This document shows positions 16,812 through 20,000 of a stretch of 20,000 nucleotides of DNA, one piece after another. The stretch lies in the IMG/VR virus record IMGVR_UViG_3300018427_000754, one strand, 5' to 3'. This DNA comes from an uncultured virus (IMG/VR IMGVR_UViG_3300018427_000754). Lineage: Duplodnaviria; Heunggongvirae; Uroviricota; Caudoviricetes. Each line of letters begins with the position of its first letter. Position 1 is the stretch's first letter. A program made the position numbers and the translations under genes. The notes below the pieces were generated by a model. The model ran no database searches. It was given only the letters and a program-made list of their open reading frames with translations, and was not told the DNA's origin.

Positions 16812-17447
16812 ATGTCAGGAAAAAGAATTAAATATTTACGAAAATTGAATAACCTTACTCAAACAGAATTAGGAAAAAAGTTAGGTGTAATTAAACAGAC
16901 TGTCAGCAGCTGGGAAAATGATATTTCTCAGCCAAGTAACGATTCTTTAGCAATTATGTCGAAACTATTCGGTGTCAGCATTGACTATATATTAGATGTC
17001 GATAATTCTACTTACTTTATCTCATTTGATTCCGACGACGCTGAAATAAAAAACATTTTTCAAAGCAGGCTTAAAAAAAGTTTAGAACGAAGACAAATTG
17101 ATGAAGATGCATTAAGTGAAATTACACACATAGATAAAAATGTAATACACAAGTACTTACACGAAGACAAGCAACCCACTTTTAGGGACTTAAAAGTAAT
17201 CGCCTTTTCTTTGAATATACGAACGGATTATTTGCTTGGTCTGTCTGAAGCAGAAAATTTTGCTGTCGACGAGGCCTATATCCAGACTAATGCCGAATTT
17301 AAGATAGTAAACACCTTTCGATGTTTAAGCGAGGATAATCAGGACATTGCTTTGGGAGAATTAAAAAAACTGTTAAAAGACCAAACCAAAGAAGAAGCTG
17401 ATTTATTATCTGAAGCCAAAACAGGAACAGATGACTCGGGAAAATAA
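16812..17447 (+). CDS. CI-like phage repressor with two XRE HTH domains
   Basis: LTQTELGKKLGVIKQTVSSWEND..QP and a second HTH LSEITHID...YLHEDKQP...DYLLG; RBS AGGAGG; no S24 peptidase domain recognised. Confidence 0.88.
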   Translation: MSGKRIKYLRKLNNLTQTELGKKLGVIKQTVSSWENDISQPSNDSLAIMSKLFGVSIDYILDVDNSTYFISFDSDDAEIKNIFQSRLKKSLERRQIDEDALSEITHIDKNVIHKYLHEDKQPTFRDLKVIAFSLNIRTDYLLGLSEAENFAVDEAYIQTNAEFKIVNTFRCLSEDNQDIALGELKKLLKDQTKEEADLLSEAKTGTDDSGK

Positions 17448-17473
17448 TTCCCTTCGAGTGGTGCCGAAGGGAA
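17438..17473 (+). other. candidate -1 programmed frameshift signal (slippery heptamer plus hairpin)
   Basis: G_GGA_AAA at 17438-44 in frame just before TAA; hairpin TTCCCTTCG/CGAAGGGAA at 17448-73. Confidence 0.55.
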
Positions 17474-17494
17474 CATTTAAGAAAGAGATAATCC

Positions 17495-17827
17495 ATGAAG
17501 AATACAGGTCAAATCATCAAATCTCTCCGGGAAGAATCCAGGATGTCCCAGTTGCAGCTGGCCAAGATTGCTGGATGTTCCGGACAAGTTATTTCCAATA
17601 TTGAAAGAAGCTACACCAAGCCTACGACTGATATCGTGCATCGGATAGCTGAACATTTTAAAATATCTGCAGACTATATCCTCGGCCTTTCTGAGGAAAG
17701 ATGCAGATCTGCTCTTGCCATTACTGACAATAACGAAATAGACATCATTGAACAGTTCCGGAGACTGACCTGTGAGAAACAGGAGATGTTGATGGCCATC
17801 ATAACAGAGATGTCTAAATCCATCTAA
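17495..17827 (+). CDS. second XRE-family HTH regulator
   Basis: MSQLQLAKIAGCSGQVISNIERSYTKP...ISADYILG. Confidence 0.88.
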   Translation: MKNTGQIIKSLREESRMSQLQLAKIAGCSGQVISNIERSYTKPTTDIVHRIAEHFKISADYILGLSEERCRSALAITDNNEIDIIEQFRRLTCEKQEMLMAIITEMSKSI

Positions 17828-17828
17828 C

Positions 17829-17863
17829 AAAAAAGACCATTCCAGCTCTTGGCCGGAATGGTC
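17829..17863. terminator. intrinsic terminator-like hairpin after the HTH gene
   Basis: GACCATTCC(17835-43)/GGAATGGTC(17855-63) with an A6 run on the left, i.e. a U tail on the minus strand. Confidence 0.6.
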
Positions 17864-17876
17864 GTAATTTTATAAT
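17849..17876 (+). promoter_or_regulatory. promoter of the small toxin gene
   Basis: TTGGCC(17849-54), 16-bp spacer, TATAAT(17871-76). Confidence 0.55.
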
Positions 17877-17945
17877 ATGCTTAACCAGGCAACTGGTAGG
17901 ACAGCTTCCATCCACTCCGGAGTCTTACGGAAGGGGATGGTAATT

Positions 17946-18029
17946 ATGAGTACATATGAAGAGTTTATGATTATCATTGCAGTCGCAAGTCTGATTGTAT
18001 CTATTCTTAATTTTACACATAAAAAATAG
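17946..18029 (+). CDS. 27-aa hydrophobic type I toxin (holin-like toxin type)
   Basis: Manual translation MSTYEEFMIIIAVASLIVSILNFTHKK*: one TM helix and a basic tail; SD GGAAGGGG. Confidence 0.8.
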   Translation: MSTYEEFMIIIAVASLIVSILNFTHKK

Positions 18030-18125
18030 CCGTCCTGTCTCTGGTAAAGCCTAGGACGACTATTTCAAGTTAACTGTTTTCCCGGAGCGGATGGGGTGCA
18101 TCCATCTTTTCCAGTTGTCTTGTTA
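18021..18125 (-). ncRNA. putative antisense antitoxin sRNA (~105 nt)
   Basis: Minus-strand promoter TTGACT(18158-53), 16-bp spacer, TG-T-TATAAT(18136-31); terminator stem AAATAGCCGTCCT/AGGACGACTATTT (18024-65) with U run; convergent with the toxin gene. Confidence 0.65.
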
Positions 18126-18252
18126 AGTATATTATAACAATTTAGTTTAAAAAGTCAACGCAACTTTTTAACATGGGTTTTTATCATTCCATTGCTGGTA
18201 GTCTGGACAGCTTTCCTTCACGTGTCCAACAATCACATACGGAGGTGGCACT

Positions 18253-19767
18253 ATGCCTGCATACAAATATTTTTTAAAAAACGGAAGAGTCAAATGGTAT
18301 GCTACATTCTACTATACTGACTGGACAGGAGAACAATGCAGAAAACTCAAAAGAGGTTTCCTTAGAAAAGCGGATGCCGAAGCTTATGAACGAGAATTCC
18401 TTACAAGGTATGCATCGGATCCGACGATAACATTTGCAGCTCTTGTTGATAACTATCTCGAAGACATGAATGAACGTCTGAAGCCTACAACAATGGGCAC
18501 AAAAACGAACATTATCCAGACCAAGCTCATTCCATTCTTCGGGAAGATGAAGATCAACGAGATTGACGAAGGGAAAATCCGAAAATGGCAGAATGAACTC
18601 ATTCGGTACAGGAATGAGAATGGAGAAGAATTTTCCCAGACATATCTCCGGACCATAAACAACCAGATGTCCAGTATCATGAATTACGCAGTCAAATATT
18701 ATAAGCTCCGTTCTAATCCATGCCACGCAGCCGGATACATGGGCAAGAACAAGGCAGGAGAAATGAATATATGGACACAGAACCGTTTTGAGGAAGTCAT
18801 GCAATATGAGACAAAAAGCATCTATCAGCTCCTGTTCCGGCTCCTGTTCTACAGTGGAATCCGTTCAGGCGAAGTACTTGCTCTGACTCCGGAAGATATC
18901 TGTCGTGATGAAGCTGCCATAGACATCAACAAGAACTATGCTGTGGTCGACCAGATAGAATATTTTCTGACTCCAAAAACCGAGCGAAGCATCCGGAAGG
19001 TCACAATACCTCCATCCCTTCATTCCGATCTGCTGGAATACATCGACAGCATCTACATCGAACCAGAAGAAAGGATATTCTATTTCCGCCGCACCGCCAT
19101 CAGCAAAGAACTGCAGATTGTCATGACAAAAGCAGGCATCGAAAAAGACTCTGAAGAATGGCTTCGAGTCCATGATCTGAGACACAGCCATGCATCCATG
19201 CTGATACACATGAAAAAAGACATCGGAGAAATATCCCGACGTCTTGGCCATGATTCCTATAAGACCACATGGGACACCTATTCCCATCTCTATCCCGGCA
19301 CCGATCGGGCGCTTGCTGATGAAATCGATGAACTCATTGCCAGCGATAACGAGCAACGGAACATAACAGAATCAGAAAGTGAAGGATTCCGGATGATTGC
19401 AGGTTCTCCATTCAGCCGCAAAAGCCAGTATATCCTCAACAAGACTCTGCAGGAAACAAACCCAATGATACATCGAAACAATCAGAGAATTTTCGAAAAG
19501 TATGGCATCGATATCGATTCTGAGCAAATCCTCGGATACAGCTTCGCAGCTTTTGTGGACTATGTGGCATGCGGAGATACTGTCTTTGAACTGCTGACTG
19601 CATTCCGGCCAAACGAGAAGATGCGTGACCTCATGATATCCCTCTTCACAGAAGCGGTGACCACATGCGAGTTGGCCAACGGCAGCATTGAAGACCTCGA
19701 CAGCTACATTACTGACACTATAATCCCTCGATACAGCCGTATTTACAGCACTCAGTATGATGCCTAA
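18253..19767 (+). CDS. int: tyrosine recombinase (phage integrase) with C-terminal extension
   Basis: N-terminal arm-binding WYATFYYTDWTG...KRGF; catalytic residues YSGIRSGE, TPKT, HDLRHSH, LGH, TYSHLY; RBS GGAGGTG. Confidence 0.95.
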   Translation: MPAYKYFLKNGRVKWYATFYYTDWTGEQCRKLKRGFLRKADAEAYEREFLTRYASDPTITFAALVDNYLEDMNERLKPTTMGTKTNIIQTKLIPFFGKMKINEIDEGKIRKWQNELIRYRNENGEEFSQTYLRTINNQMSSIMNYAVKYYKLRSNPCHAAGYMGKNKAGEMNIWTQNRFEEVMQYETKSIYQLLFRLLFYSGIRSGEVLALTPEDICRDEAAIDINKNYAVVDQIEYFLTPKTERSIRKVTIPPSLHSDLLEYIDSIYIEPEERIFYFRRTAISKELQIVMTKAGIEKDSEEWLRVHDLRHSHASMLIHMKKDIGEISRRLGHDSYKTTWDTYSHLYPGTDRALADEIDELIASDNEQRNITESESEGFRMIAGSPFSRKSQYILNKTLQETNPMIHRNNQRIFEKYGIDIDSEQILGYSFAAFVDYVACGDTVFELLTAFRPNEKMRDLMISLFTEAVTTCELANGSIEDLDSYITDTIIPRYSRIYSTQYDA

Positions 19768-19787
19768 AAATCACATCATTTTGAGCC

Positions 19788-19808
19788 TACAGTATCATTA
19801 CGGTATCA
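19788..19808 (+). repeat. direct repeat TAC(A/G)GTATCA x2, putative integrase arm-type sites
   Basis: TACAGTATCA at 19788-97 and TACGGTATCA at 19799-808, between int and the host gene. Confidence 0.55.
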
Positions 19809-19815
19809 CGGAGAC

Positions 19816-19862
19816 AAAAAAAGAACCCGGAAAGCCCATAAAATAAGGGCTCCCGGGTTTTT
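19816..19862. terminator. bidirectional intrinsic terminator between int and guaA
   Basis: A7 run, AACCCGG..AGCCC-loop-GGGCT..CCGGGTT, then T run. Confidence 0.75.
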
Positions 19863-19867
19863 GCTTT

Positions 19868-20000
19868 CTATTCCCACTCAATTGTTCCAATTGGCTTTGG
19901 TGTGAGGTCCATAAGAACTCTGTTGATGCCAGGAACTTCGTGTGTAATACGGTATGTGATGTGGTGAAGAATTTCATATGGAATTTCTTCAATTGTTGCA
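19868..20000 (-). CDS. guaA: GMP synthase, 3' end (host gene, partial)
   Basis: Manual translation ...[38 protein letters not shown] matches the conserved GuaA C-terminus (NRV..D.T.KP..TIEWE). Confidence 0.92.
   Translation of the reverse strand, partial: ATIEEIPYEILHHITYRITHEVPGINRVLMDLTPKPIGTIEWE

Larger units (their letters stand above)
1..19867. mobile_element. prophage (lysogeny plus early replication/recombination region) adjacent to the guaA 3' end
   Basis: Gene order int - repressors <> cro - xis - recombination - replication initiator - RecU - YopX. Confidence 0.92.

Noticed and set aside
17299..19481. Minus-strand ORFs opposite the HTH genes and integrase
   Set aside because: They are antisense shadows of clear plus-strand genes
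19798..19992. 64-aa minus-strand ORF in the track
   Set aside because: It is an alternative frame of the guaA 3' end and runs through the terminator

Overview
This window is the integrase-proximal end of a temperate prophage, probably in a Lachnospiraceae-like Clostridia host (inferred from gene content). It sits next to the 3' end of host guaA (19868-20000, minus strand). From right to left it holds: the att region; a tyrosine integrase with an unusual ~140-aa C-terminal extension; a small type I toxin-antitoxin cassette; two XRE regulators; a cI/cro switch with five 17-bp operators; and a long minus-strand early operon. That operon encodes Cro, a CII-like HTH protein, Xis, small Zn-ribbon proteins, a candidate single-strand annealing protein, a single-chain SbcD-SbcC (Mre11-Rad50) fusion, a replication initiator with internal iterons, a PcfK-like/PcfJ module, DUF5131, RecU, a phage-encoded beta sliding clamp, YopX and a DUF551-like protein. 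The most notable unexplained signals are: (1) a likely -1 frameshift cassette at the repressor stop codon (upstream AGGA, G_GGA_AAA, 9-bp hairpin), whose shifted frame ends just before the next HTH gene; (2) a tiny antisense transcription unit upstream of the recombination genes; (3) the RNA-switch architecture of the TA cassette; and (4) the fused SbcDC, annealase candidate, own clamp and clamp-binding motifs. All family assignments come from motif recognition by eye; no database searches were run.
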